Source of the DNA: a virus
Taxonomy: Duplodnaviria > Caudoviricetes
Virus record (IMG/VR): IMGVR_UViG_3300044513_001130
Location: 1-51,648 of that record
DNA length: 51,648 bases
Direction: 5' to 3' (one strand)
A model generated the notes under the pieces. It ran no database searches. It was not told the DNA's origin and saw only the letters and a program-made list of their open reading frames with translations. The translations under genes and the position numbers were made by a program. Shown here one piece after another: positions 40,915 to 47,821 of the stretch (the first letter of the stretch is position 1; each line of letters begins with the position of its first letter).

Positions 40915-40921
40915 TATTTAT
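40915..40921 (-). promoter_or_regulatory. Late promoter ATAAATA
   Basis: Upstream of gp25. Confidence 0.65.
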
Positions 40922-41172
40922 GCCCCATCCCATGGAGAACCATATGTTGGCTCTGTACCATAGGTCCAATCATCATAATCTTCATCATTTCTGATTTTTT
41001 CGTGCAATTCAGTCTGTTTTTTGAGATCATGACGTGGTGCAGTGTCGTGCATTACCTCTGTAAGTACTCTTTTATTCATATTTTGCATAGAACCATAATC
41101 AGTAATCAATTTTGTGGTCCCCCACATCTCTCTCATGTACTCTTTGTCTCTATCTACTGGCGAATTGGACAT
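40918..41172 (-). CDS. Hypothetical protein (84 aa)
   Basis: ORF with AGGAG SD. Confidence 0.8.
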   Translation of the reverse strand: MSNSPVDRDKEYMREMWGTTKLITDYGSMQNMNKRVLTEVMHDTAPRHDLKKQTELHEKIRNDEDYDDWTYGTEPTYGSPWDGA

Positions 41173-41239
41173 GTTAGCTCCTGATTTTGTTAAAATCAGA
41201 ACTTTTTTGAGGAGGTTGCTATCTCCTAGTACTATTTAA
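41173..41239 (-). promoter_or_regulatory. Late promoter variant TTAAATA plus structured 5' leader (hairpin/pseudoknot and SD-covering hairpin)
   Basis: AGGAG-ATAGCAAC-CTCCT-CAAAAAAG-TTCTGATTTT-AAC-AAAATCAGGA-GCTAAC-ATG. Confidence 0.55.
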
Positions 41240-41828
41240 TCCAGAACCCCTTTCTCAAAAAGTCGGAATCTTCAATAAATTTGTAATTTTCGCCAAATTT
41301 TTGGTCGTTTTTGTCCCAGACTGGTATTGCTTCTGAATTCCCATACCTAAAGTCTGGATTTTGACGAAAGTGAACCTCTATTAGGCGATTTCCAATAAAT
41401 TCACAGTTGATCCATTCATAATTACCCTTTAATTTTTCTAAAATTGAAGGAAATTTAACCTTTTGATCGATTTTTTCCCACTTATTCCATCTATAAAGGG
41501 GATCTTCTTCATTTCGAGAACCTAAAACTGTTAGTTTTTGTTCTTTGTTTTGAAAATCAACACTAATGTGATCACCGTCGAAGATTTCACACCAAAATTC
41601 TGCTGGATGGAAGCGTTCGGTGTACTTATGAATGAATTCTACCCGAGCAAAGCGCCCCATACCTAGTAAATTCATACATGGACGCACAATATAAAAGTCA
41701 GGTTTGGGAACAGTGGTACCTATAGGACCACATGTATAACCCAAAACCTGACTCAGAATCAACTTATTGTATATCCAAAGGTCTTCAGAATGTATTTGTA
41801 CCCATTCATCATTACCTTCTAGATACAT
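41232..41828 (-). CDS. ATP-grasp-like protein (198 aa)
   Basis: IVRP..LLGMG, CEIFDGDHISVDF and INCEF....IEVHFR follow the ATP-grasp motif order. Confidence 0.6.
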   Translation of the reverse strand: MYLEGNDEWVQIHSEDLWIYNKLILSQVLGYTCGPIGTTVPKPDFYIVRPCMNLLGMGRFARVEFIHKYTERFHPAEFWCEIFDGDHISVDFQNKEQKLTVLGSRNEEDPLYRWNKWEKIDQKVKFPSILEKLKGNYEWINCEFIGNRLIEVHFRQNPDFRYGNSEAIPVWDKNDQKFGENYKFIEDSDFLRKGFWIK

Positions 41829-41965
41829 CAGTTCTTTCCTTGACCGCGATAACGTTTGCGTGCCTTATTACGAGACGTTGCGGCATACTTGGTATGCTTC
41901 CCAGTCCCTTGACGAGATTTTTTGGGAGCGCCCTCAACGTACCCATGTCCCTTGCGAATAGCCAT
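41828..41965 (-). CDS. Small basic protein (45 aa)
   Basis: Manually found ORF MAIRKGHGYVEGAPKKSRQGTGKHTKYAATSRNKARKRYRGQGKN; GGAG SD; TGATG coupling. Confidence 0.8.
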   Translation of the reverse strand: MAIRKGHGYVEGAPKKSRQGTGKHTKYAATSRNKARKRYRGQGKN

Positions 41966-41967
41966 AA

Positions 41968-42129
41968 TTAGTCTCCAATAATTTCAGTTTCAATTTCATC
42001 AGGACTTGGAGAACCTCCCTCATAAAAGTTTTGAGCGAGGTCTTCAATAGTGTCCATGTATTCTTCCTCTGTAAGGTTTGAGTGTATCACCTTCCCCTTA
42101 CAGAGGATATTATAGCGTTCGTTAGCCAT
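41968..42129 (-). CDS. Small acidic protein (53 aa)
   Basis: Start trimmed to MANERYNILCKG to avoid overlap with the upstream gene. Confidence 0.75.
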   Translation of the reverse strand: MANERYNILCKGKVIHSNLTEEEYMDTIEDLAQNFYEGGSPSPDEIETEIIGD

Positions 42130-42133
42130 AAAA

Positions 42134-42892
42134 TCAAATGATTCGTGTCTTCTCGTGACCGACTCTAATACGAGGATCGCACCAAATCTCGAAACCAGCT
42201 TCTTTAGCGTCCAAACAGAATGATACGTCCTCTCCACACATATCCTGAACTTCTCCAGATTCAAAGACTTGCATCTTCGGAGCAAACCAAGGATACTTCA
42301 TATCCCCATGTTCAAACACTCCGTGTTTAATGAGAAGCCATCCGAAACCAGTGTAGTCCACCGTGAAAGGTTTGCGACGCTTTGAGATACTATCAACGGT
42401 TTCATGATTCATCACTCCACCGTTACCACGGAAATCTTCCTCATCTAACCAGTGCGCCACTGAGGTTGTTACACCATCCTCTGTAGCATACCAACCAGCT
42501 GCGATGTCTTGATCCATCAATACAAGTTGATAAAACTTTTCAGTATTGAAAACAATATCACTATCAATCCACAACTGATAATCATATTTTAACTTACCAT
42601 CCCAGGGAATCTGATCAGGTCCACGCAATACATTCGCTCCTAAACATTTGCAACGAGCGAAATTTACCATTGAGGAATAGTCCTGCGAGATCTGAATGCT
42701 TGCCCCGTTCTGTACCAGATCAAAACAGAGTTGTACAAAGCTCTTCAGATACGTATAGGATACTCCGCGACCAGGTAGACAGAAGACAACAGACTTCCCT
42801 CTGATCATTTCTCGTGCCTTAGCATAATCCCATTCTGGTTCGGAATTATTGACTACTGGCGCTTTTGCTTTTACAGTAAATCCTTTAGCCAT
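42134..42892 (-). CDS. Glycosyltransferase-like protein (GT-A/GT2 fold)
   Basis: YQLWIDSDIVF (DxD), GFGWLLIK, GEDVSFC and RVGHEK motifs. Confidence 0.8.
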   Translation of the reverse strand: MAKGFTVKAKAPVVNNSEPEWDYAKAREMIRGKSVVFCLPGRGVSYTYLKSFVQLCFDLVQNGASIQISQDYSSMVNFARCKCLGANVLRGPDQIPWDGKLKYDYQLWIDSDIVFNTEKFYQLVLMDQDIAAGWYATEDGVTTSVAHWLDEEDFRGNGGVMNHETVDSISKRRKPFTVDYTGFGWLLIKHGVFEHGDMKYPWFAPKMQVFESGEVQDMCGEDVSFCLDAKEAGFEIWCDPRIRVGHEKTRII

Positions 42893-42914
42893 AATAGAGT
42901 GTAATTACTTCAGT

Positions 42915-42943
42915 ATCATACAGTATTATCTATGTGAAGTCAA
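42915..42943 (-). promoter_or_regulatory. Sigma70-type promoter
   Basis: TTGACT-N17-TATGAT. Confidence 0.75.
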
Positions 42944-43137
42944 TCTCTCTTGACTTCGGTTATTACGATGCAATCTCCATCGACTTCCAAGTTCACTTCG
43001 GTGCCCTCATACCACCCATAGTCATTTACAATCCACTCTGGAATTGTAATATAATACTCCCCAGTAACTGGATCGACCTCTACAGTCGTAAAATTTCTCT
43101 CCGGATTTTTTTGCATCTCAGTATTATCAATCTTCAT
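42940..43137 (-). CDS. AbrB/MazE/SpoVT-like DNA-binding protein
   Basis: YITIPEWIVNDYGWYEGTEVNLEVDGDCIVI swapped-hairpin pattern. Confidence 0.75.
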   Translation of the reverse strand: MKIDNTEMQKNPERNFTTVEVDPVTGEYYITIPEWIVNDYGWYEGTEVNLEVDGDCIVITEVKRD

Positions 43138-43260
43138 TTTAGTTTTATATAGGGAAAAAAATTTTTATAGTGTGAGGAACATTTAGATCGCTTTCGTAAC
43201 ACTTTATAGATTAGGGTAGTTAAGCGTTTTTATATACGGGGGGCATCCACGCGATCGGAT

Positions 43261-43284
43261 AAAAACGCCCCCACAACGGGGGGC
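43261..43284 (-). terminator. Intrinsic terminator closing the early gene array
   Basis: Minus strand GCCCCC-CGTTGT-GGGGGC followed by GTTTTT. Confidence 0.6.
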
Positions 43285-43312
43285 ACTGCTGCCTGCACGA
43301 ACGCATGAGGGG

Positions 43313-43522
43313 TCAGAGACCCCGCTTAAGACCCTGCCGCGAACGCCACCCGCTCACAGGACAGCGGTTGTACTGGGCGTCCGCTTCGAAGATCTCAGCG
43401 TACTGCTGCGCCCAGGTCACTGCCTCATGCCCATGGTGACGGTTGAAGGGGGTGCCGTCGTTGCGGTATCCGACCCAGACGGTCTGACGATCGCGGAGGC
43501 GGGAAGCGGGAGAGAAACGCAT
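43313..43522 (-). CDS. Hypothetical protein (69 aa)
   Basis: Preceded by an extended -10 TGGTACAAT. Confidence 0.75.
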   Translation of the reverse strand: MRFSPASRLRDRQTVWVGYRNDGTPFNRHHGHEAVTWAQQYAEIFEADAQYNRCPVSGWRSRQGLKRGL

Positions 43523-43558
43523 GGGGTCTGTCGGTTGACTTGAGAATATTGTACCATA

Positions 43559-44308
43559 TCAGAAGGGGATCACGCGCACGTCGTCGGACCCTGCGACCAA
43601 CTGATCCACGCGATCCTGCTGCAGTTTGAGCACGACCTGAGAGTTGCGGTTCGCCTTGGACAGACCCAGGAAAGCGCGGATCCCGTTGTTGCTGGTGACG
43701 CGGAGGCGGAGACCAACCTCTACAATGTGGTGATCGCGGCGGAGGGTGACCTTACGGGAGGTCATGCCGCGACCCTTCTCAACCTGGGCGACGTACCCAT
43801 CTTCCAGGAGACGGGCAGCACGAATCGTTTCGTGCTCCATGACGTAGCAGGTCGCTGCCTTAGTGTCGGTGATCGCCATCGCCATGCCGTGATTCGCTTC
43901 GATCAGTTCAGAGCGCAACCAAGCGGTAAGGGCAGCGGGGTCGATCGCATCCAGGGCATCGCTGCAAACCTCATTGAAGAGGTCGCGGGTTTCAGTCACG
44001 ATCGCTTCGCGCTTTGCCTCATCCCATTGGCGTGCATTGGCGACGAAGGCACGGAAGTCAGCGAAGCGGGTAGAATCCAGAAGGGCATCGGTTTGGGAGG
44101 TGTTGACCCAATCGAAAGAACCGTTCCGCAATCCTGCCTTGTGCTTGATGCTGACGGGTTTGGTTCCCGCCATGGCGTCCGCTTTGTTACGGGTGCCGCC
44201 TAGGTGGGTCAGGGTCTCAGCGAAGACCTGGTGAGCGTTGAGCAGGGCAATGGTGTCGTGCTCATTAGCGACGCCTTCGTGATGGGTGCTGCCGTTGGTT
44301 TTGAACAT
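43559..44308 (-). CDS. Putative PD-(D/E)XK restriction-endonuclease-like protein (249 aa)
   Basis: GVANE...KADA...VSIKHK motif order; TGCTACAAT -10 upstream. Confidence 0.55.
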   Translation of the reverse strand: MFKTNGSTHHEGVANEHDTIALLNAHQVFAETLTHLGGTRNKADAMAGTKPVSIKHKAGLRNGSFDWVNTSQTDALLDSTRFADFRAFVANARQWDEAKREAIVTETRDLFNEVCSDALDAIDPAALTAWLRSELIEANHGMAMAITDTKAATCYVMEHETIRAARLLEDGYVAQVEKGRGMTSRKVTLRRDHHIVEVGLRLRVTSNNGIRAFLGLSKANRNSQVVLKLQQDRVDQLVAGSDDVRVIPF

Positions 44309-44358
44309 GTTAGGAACGGGTGAGCGCCACCCGAGTGAACTGTGATTATTGTAGCAGA

Positions 44359-44526
44359 TCAGAAGGAGATCGGGTCAGCGGTGGGAGTGCTGATTTCGGC
44401 AAAGTGGGCGGCGCACTCTTCGATGCCCTGAGTTTCCAGATCGGTGGTGATGGTGTCCAGGATCTCCAGGAGTTGGGCACCGTCAGCGGCACGGTTCAGG
44501 AGGGAGGTGGCGAGGTCGCGGGTCAT
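44359..44526 (-). CDS. Hypothetical acidic protein (55 aa)
   Basis: Manually found ORF MTRDLATSLLNRAADGAQLLEILDTIT..., with its own -10. Confidence 0.75.
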   Translation of the reverse strand: MTRDLATSLLNRAADGAQLLEILDTITTDLETQGIEECAAHFAEISTPTADPISF

Positions 44527-44543
44527 GTCGTTGTGGGGTGTGT

Positions 44544-44784
44544 GTTCTTTGGTATTGTAGCAGGTCAGGCGCTCATGCCATGGGCATGTGCAGCAGACGG
44601 AAATCCTCTTCGATCTCTGAGAAGTAGACCCATATGCGATCGACGAAGTTGGTCGTTTTCCACAGGTACCGCTTATCTGCCTTGGACAGGGCGGGTTTGC
44701 TCATGCGGCGGTTGCGGTAGGCAATGCCGTCGGAGATGAAGTGGGTGCGCATGGGGTGGGTTGCGTTCTTTGGTATTGTAGCAG
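44544..44784. repeat. 20-bp perfect direct repeat containing an extended -10 (44544-44563 and 44765-44784)
   Basis: GTTCTTTGGTATTGTAGCAG twice; minus strand reads CTGCTACAATACCAAAGAAC. Confidence 0.85.
44573..44752 (-). CDS. Hypothetical protein (59 aa)
   Basis: Manually found ORF MRTHFISDGIAYRNRR..., between the two 20-bp repeats. Confidence 0.7.
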   Translation of the reverse strand: MRTHFISDGIAYRNRRMSKPALSKADKRYLWKTTNFVDRIWVYFSEIEEDFRLLHMPMA

Positions 44785-44800
44785 ATGGAGGGGCAGACCC

Positions 44801-45040
44801 TCAGAGGTCCGCCATCATCTCATTGATCTCCATGCCGTCGATTGCGGGGTCATCCCAGCGGCAACCGTCGGGGGTCTCTTTGCTGCCGCAGTCACGGAGC
44901 ATGGAAACCAGGTCCTGATAGGTCCGACCGAAGCGAGCAAGGCGGCGTGCCTCATTGTACAGACCCTCATCGTTTTGAATCCAGAGGGACACGTTCCAGG
45001 TCTCCCAGTTTGCCCATCCGTTGTAGGTTGCGGTGCTCAT
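44801..45040 (-). CDS. Hypothetical phage protein (79 aa)
   Basis: YNGWANWETWNVSLWIQNDEGLY motif; has its own promoter. Confidence 0.85.
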   Translation of the reverse strand: MSTATYNGWANWETWNVSLWIQNDEGLYNEARRLARFGRTYQDLVSMLRDCGSKETPDGCRWDDPAIDGMEINEMMADL

Positions 45041-45063
45041 GTCGGTTCGTTTGAACTGAAGTC

Positions 45064-45122
45064 AGTATAAGGGGTAAAGGGGACGCCCATGGGGCATGGG
45101 TGGACAGCACGCTCACTGGCAC
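45064..45122 (-). promoter_or_regulatory. Early promoter with dyad motif
   Basis: GTGCCAGT-N8-TGTCCAC-N30-TATACT. Confidence 0.75.
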
Positions 45123-46030
45123 ACGGGTTGGTTAAACTTAGCGTTGTTGAAGTTAGCGTGACTGAAACGCTCACGATTGACCAGTTTCATTGTACCAAAC
45201 TCATTAGAGTAGACATAACCTTCGGAGTCAATTCGATCATGTCCAATGTAAGCAGCAGGACCATCATTGCGGCAAAGGAAGAGTGCATCATCTTTGATAG
45301 ATTTGACGAGTGCCCAGAAACCGAGCAGCAGAGGATCGCAGTCGAATTCGCTATTCACAACGGGACGCTTTTCCCGAATACACGCATTCAATTGTTGCTT
45401 AATCTGCTTTGCTTTCTTCTCATCAACAAAGGTCACAGTCTGCGCCATTTGTTTAGCGAACTGAATCACCTCAGTAAGGTCACCAAACGACCCTGCACAC
45501 TTGTTATAAGATCCAGAGAAGATCCATGCATCGGGTTGTACAAATTTGCAGTTAATACCATCCTCCATCATATAATCAATGGGAGACGCTACTGCATCAC
45601 GAAGATCAGAAGTTGCCTCATAACGGGTATGAGGAGCAACGATGATTTCCTGACGTACAGTTACTCCGAAACTGTAAGTGATAGTGTTGGGAGTGTATTC
45701 AGTTTCTCCACCGAAACCAATAAAATCTCCCTGAATAATGGCGTCTGTATGAGGTAACCAATCAAAACAAGCGTGCAGAATTTTTGCAACTTCACCCGTG
45801 TGGTTCGCATCAATGTCCTCATGAGATTCGTTGATTTTGATCTTTACTTTGTTGAAGACACTTTTGGTCCCAACGAAGAAGTTTCCAGTTGCAGGATTAC
45901 GTCCCCAAACAATAGCGGGTGCGCCGTCCATCTTAACAGACAGGGTACCTGCTGCCTCAAACCAATCCAGAGCGTTCAGGTCGCCCGTCAGGATGGTGTC
46001 TTCGGGGTGTTCGATGTGTTTGTTTTGCAT
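45113..46030 (-). CDS. Ligase-like nucleotidyltransferase-fold protein (DUF6267-like, 305 aa)
   Basis: Start trimmed to MQNKHIEHPED, downstream of the -10; KMDG, QGDFI, EGYV and KLVNR motifs. Confidence 0.7.
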   Translation of the reverse strand: MQNKHIEHPEDTILTGDLNALDWFEAAGTLSVKMDGAPAIVWGRNPATGNFFVGTKSVFNKVKIKINESHEDIDANHTGEVAKILHACFDWLPHTDAIIQGDFIGFGGETEYTPNTITYSFGVTVRQEIIVAPHTRYEATSDLRDAVASPIDYMMEDGINCKFVQPDAWIFSGSYNKCAGSFGDLTEVIQFAKQMAQTVTFVDEKKAKQIKQQLNACIREKRPVVNSEFDCDPLLLGFWALVKSIKDDALFLCRNDGPAAYIGHDRIDSEGYVYSNEFGTMKLVNRERFSHANFNNAKFNQPVCQ

Positions 46031-46036
46031 GAATGT

Positions 46037-46131
46037 AGTATGACCCATAACGGGGCGCTTTGGGGGCAATGGTGGACAGTTCAACGAAGTGGCACAGGAT
46101 CGGTTGTGGGGTGCCTCTGAGGTCCTATACT
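46037..46131. promoter_or_regulatory. Bidirectional promoter sharing one dyad (46072-46095)
   Basis: CATACT 29 nt away on the minus strand; TATACT 30 nt away on the plus strand. Confidence 0.65.
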
Positions 46132-46137
46132 AAGGTC

Positions 46138-46247
46138 ACAAGCGAAGGAGGGGCAGGGTCGCCCTGATGACGAAAAAGGTCGTCACTGGGGCAGCCGACT
46201 TTTCAGCCGACTTAAGTATAAAAAAAGAGGGCACGAATGCCCTCTCT
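46138..46247 (+). ncRNA. Candidate small RNA (~110 nt)
   Basis: Plus-strand -10 at motif-typical spacing, internal hairpin, ends at a terminator stem; the ends are inferred. Confidence 0.35.
46220..46247 (-). terminator. Intrinsic terminator
   Basis: AGAGGGCA-TTCG-TGCCCTCT followed by a T run, right after the stop at 46251. Confidence 0.85.
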
Positions 46248-46250
46248 ATC

Positions 46251-46598
46251 TTATGCAAACATGAAACCATTGGTGAAGTCATACTCATTATAAACAGGGG
46301 AAGTTCCTGCCTGTCCGATGAACTTGTGAACGAACCACTTGAAGTTCTTTTGAAATACACCTTCACCTGCAATTCCATGCTCAGAGAGAATAGCATTCAG
46401 GCGCGACTTAGTGGTGACTGATTGCCAACCACCATCGAAGATTTGAACGAAGTCATCACCAACCACGGCAATCTTGTTACCGTGCAGGTATACAGTAGAC
46501 TCGTTAGTTTCAGGATCGAAAGTAACAGCAGTGTTTCCAGATTGCCAGTTCTTGTTGTTAGAAATGGCGGCATTCATTTGCTGTTCGATCTTACGCAT
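46251..46598 (-). CDS. Hypothetical phage protein (115 aa)
   Basis: Has its own promoter and terminator; GWQSVTTKSRLNAIL motif. Confidence 0.85.
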   Translation of the reverse strand: MRKIEQQMNAAISNNKNWQSGNTAVTFDPETNESTVYLHGNKIAVVGDDFVQIFDGGWQSVTTKSRLNAILSEHGIAGEGVFQKNFKWFVHKFIGQAGTSPVYNEYDFTNGFMFA

Positions 46599-46624
46599 GA
46601 GGTCGTTTCGTTTGAACTGATGTC

Positions 46625-46682
46625 AGTATGGGATGGATCGGGGGGAAAGTCAAGGGGGAGTGGACACCTCCCCAACCGTCAC
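46625..46682 (-). promoter_or_regulatory. Early promoter with dyad motif
   Basis: GTGACGGT-N8-TGTCCAC, then TTGACT-N17-CATACT. Confidence 0.8.
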
Positions 46683-46685
46683 ACC

Positions 46686-46871
46686 TCAGAAGAGGAGATC
46701 AGCGATCTGCTCCATGATGCTGCCATAGTCTGCGATATGAACTCCATCATGGCGGATCTCAGCATACCCGAATTCTTGTGCCAGATCGTAGCAGATGTCA
46801 TGGGCACGGTCCAGGTCGCAGACGGACTCAGACTCATGCATAGCGGAGGGAACCAGGATTTCGTAACGCAT
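46686..46871 (-). CDS. Hypothetical acidic protein (61 aa)
   Basis: Start trimmed to MRYEILVPS, downstream of the promoter. Confidence 0.75.
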   Translation of the reverse strand: MRYEILVPSAMHESESVCDLDRAHDICYDLAQEFGYAEIRHDGVHIADYGSIMEQIADLLF

Positions 46872-46894
46872 TGGGTTTGTTTGACTGTCCCCAT

Positions 46895-46954
46895 ATCCTA
46901 CAGCACCCATCCGCCGATTCTGGGGGGATGGTGGACAGTGCGCCAACCGTCCAC
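46895..46954 (-). promoter_or_regulatory. Early promoter with dyad motif
   Basis: GTGGACGGT-N8-TGTCCAC-N30-TAGGAT. Confidence 0.7.
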
Positions 46955-46975
46955 CCGCGGCTGACCTGGGTATAA

Positions 46976-47149
46976 TTAATCCTCCAGAATGTGTGGGTAG
47001 TATTCTTCTACCTCTGCGATCAATTCTTTCTCCGAATACTTATCATAACTCTCACTCATAGAATCATACAAACACGCCATCATAGTTTTGATGTCCATAT
47101 CATCCAGGATTTGCTGAATGAGTTGATCTTGGAGTTCAGAACGGTTCAT
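46976..47149 (-). CDS. Hypothetical acidic protein (57 aa)
   Basis: Manually found ORF MNRSELQDQLIQQILDDMDIKTMM...YYPHILED. Confidence 0.8.
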   Translation of the reverse strand: MNRSELQDQLIQQILDDMDIKTMMACLYDSMSESYDKYSEKELIAEVEEYYPHILED

Positions 47150-47151
47150 CA

Positions 47152-47286
47152 TCAGTAATCGTAGTTGGAGTTCAGGTAGTTGTCTACATTAAACTTCTCT
47201 TCTTTCTCCCACTCTTCTTTATACTCAATCACGTCAAAGATCTCTCCAGGAGCATCAGCAATCTCAGACCAGAGTTCATCAAACAT
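47152..47286 (-). CDS. Hypothetical acidic protein (44 aa)
   Basis: Start trimmed to MFDELWSEI; AGGA SD. Confidence 0.75.
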   Translation of the reverse strand: MFDELWSEIADAPGEIFDVIEYKEEWEKEEKFNVDNYLNSNYDY

Positions 47287-47310
47287 GGGGTAATTCCTGA
47301 CGACTTGATA

Positions 47311-47368
47311 ACAATACCCCACCGCCAGGGGCAATGGGGCAATCGGTGGACACTCTGCCAACCGTCAC
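47311..47368 (-). promoter_or_regulatory. Early promoter with dyad motif
   Basis: GTGACGGT-N8-TGTCCAC-N29-TATTGT. Confidence 0.7.
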
Positions 47369-47391
47369 ATCAGTTACGTAAACTGCAGGCA

Positions 47392-47443
47392 TTCTCAATA
47401 ACGAAATATTATTGAGAATCAATAAGAGTACTACTATTGAGAA
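47392..47443 (+). repeat. Left copy of a 52-bp triple-box inverted repeat
   Basis: TTCTCAATAA-N10-TTGAGAATCAATAAG-N10-TTGAGAA. Confidence 0.85.
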
Positions 47444-47470
47444 TAAGATCCAATTCACGAACTGGCACAG

Positions 47471-47629
47471 TTACCAATCGATATCGAATTCTTTGATGGT
47501 AGCATGTACATCTTCGTCGCATTCTAGACCAAGAACTTCTCTCCAATTGAGATCTTCTAGTTCTAGATCATCATAACACATGACATCTAGTGTTATACGC
47601 ATGAGGCGCTTTGTATATGTCGCGGACAT
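47471..47629 (-). CDS. Hypothetical acidic protein (52 aa)
   Basis: Manually found ORF MSATYTKRLMRITLDVMCYDDLELEDLNWREVLGLE...; promoter TTGCGT-N17-TACAAT at 47654-47682. Confidence 0.75.
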   Translation of the reverse strand: MSATYTKRLMRITLDVMCYDDLELEDLNWREVLGLECDEDVHATIKEFDIDW

Positions 47630-47659
47630 GTGATTCTCGTGCGTGTGTGCTACATTGTA

Positions 47660-47821
47660 TCATGCATAGTGTTTATACGCAAGTGTATCATAGTCTTGCG
47701 TATCTCGTGTGTATTCCTCGTCGAGTTCTACGTCACATTGTGCATGATACTCGTAGTACGTATCCTCGTCGAGATTATAATCGTTGATGAATGTATAGTC
47801 GAGATCGTAATCGTCGTACAT
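47660..47821 (-). CDS. Asp/Tyr-rich peptide (53 aa)
   Basis: Manually found ORF MYDDYDLDYTFINDYNLDEDTYYEY..., downstream of a consensus-like promoter. Confidence 0.65.
   Translation of the reverse strand: MYDDYDLDYTFINDYNLDEDTYYEYHAQCDVELDEEYTRDTQDYDTLAYKHYA

Noticed and set aside
13-41184. Plus-strand ORFs of 60-130 aa throughout the structural block
   Set aside because: They are antisense shadows of well-supported virion genes.
43727-46120. Longer plus-strand ORFs in the GC-rich island (e.g. 43727-44203, 44320-44739, 45089-45757)
   Set aside because: Expected at high GC; the promoters and coherent ORFs are on the minus strand.
46164-46175. CTGATGA followed by CGAAA resembles a hammerhead ribozyme core
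   Set aside because: There is no stem II between the two elements, and the bases are better explained by the TGACGA/TCGTCA hairpin.
46167-46421. Plus-strand 84-aa ORF downstream of the divergent promoter
   Set aside because: The SD-like AAGGAGG is about 15 nt from the ATG, and the ORF crosses a terminator stem into an antisense gene. It is not fully excluded.
45100-47368. Recurrent dyad as a CRISPR or guide-RNA array
   Set aside because: Copies are hundreds of bp apart, separated by genes, and sit at a fixed distance from -10 boxes; no cas-like gene is present.
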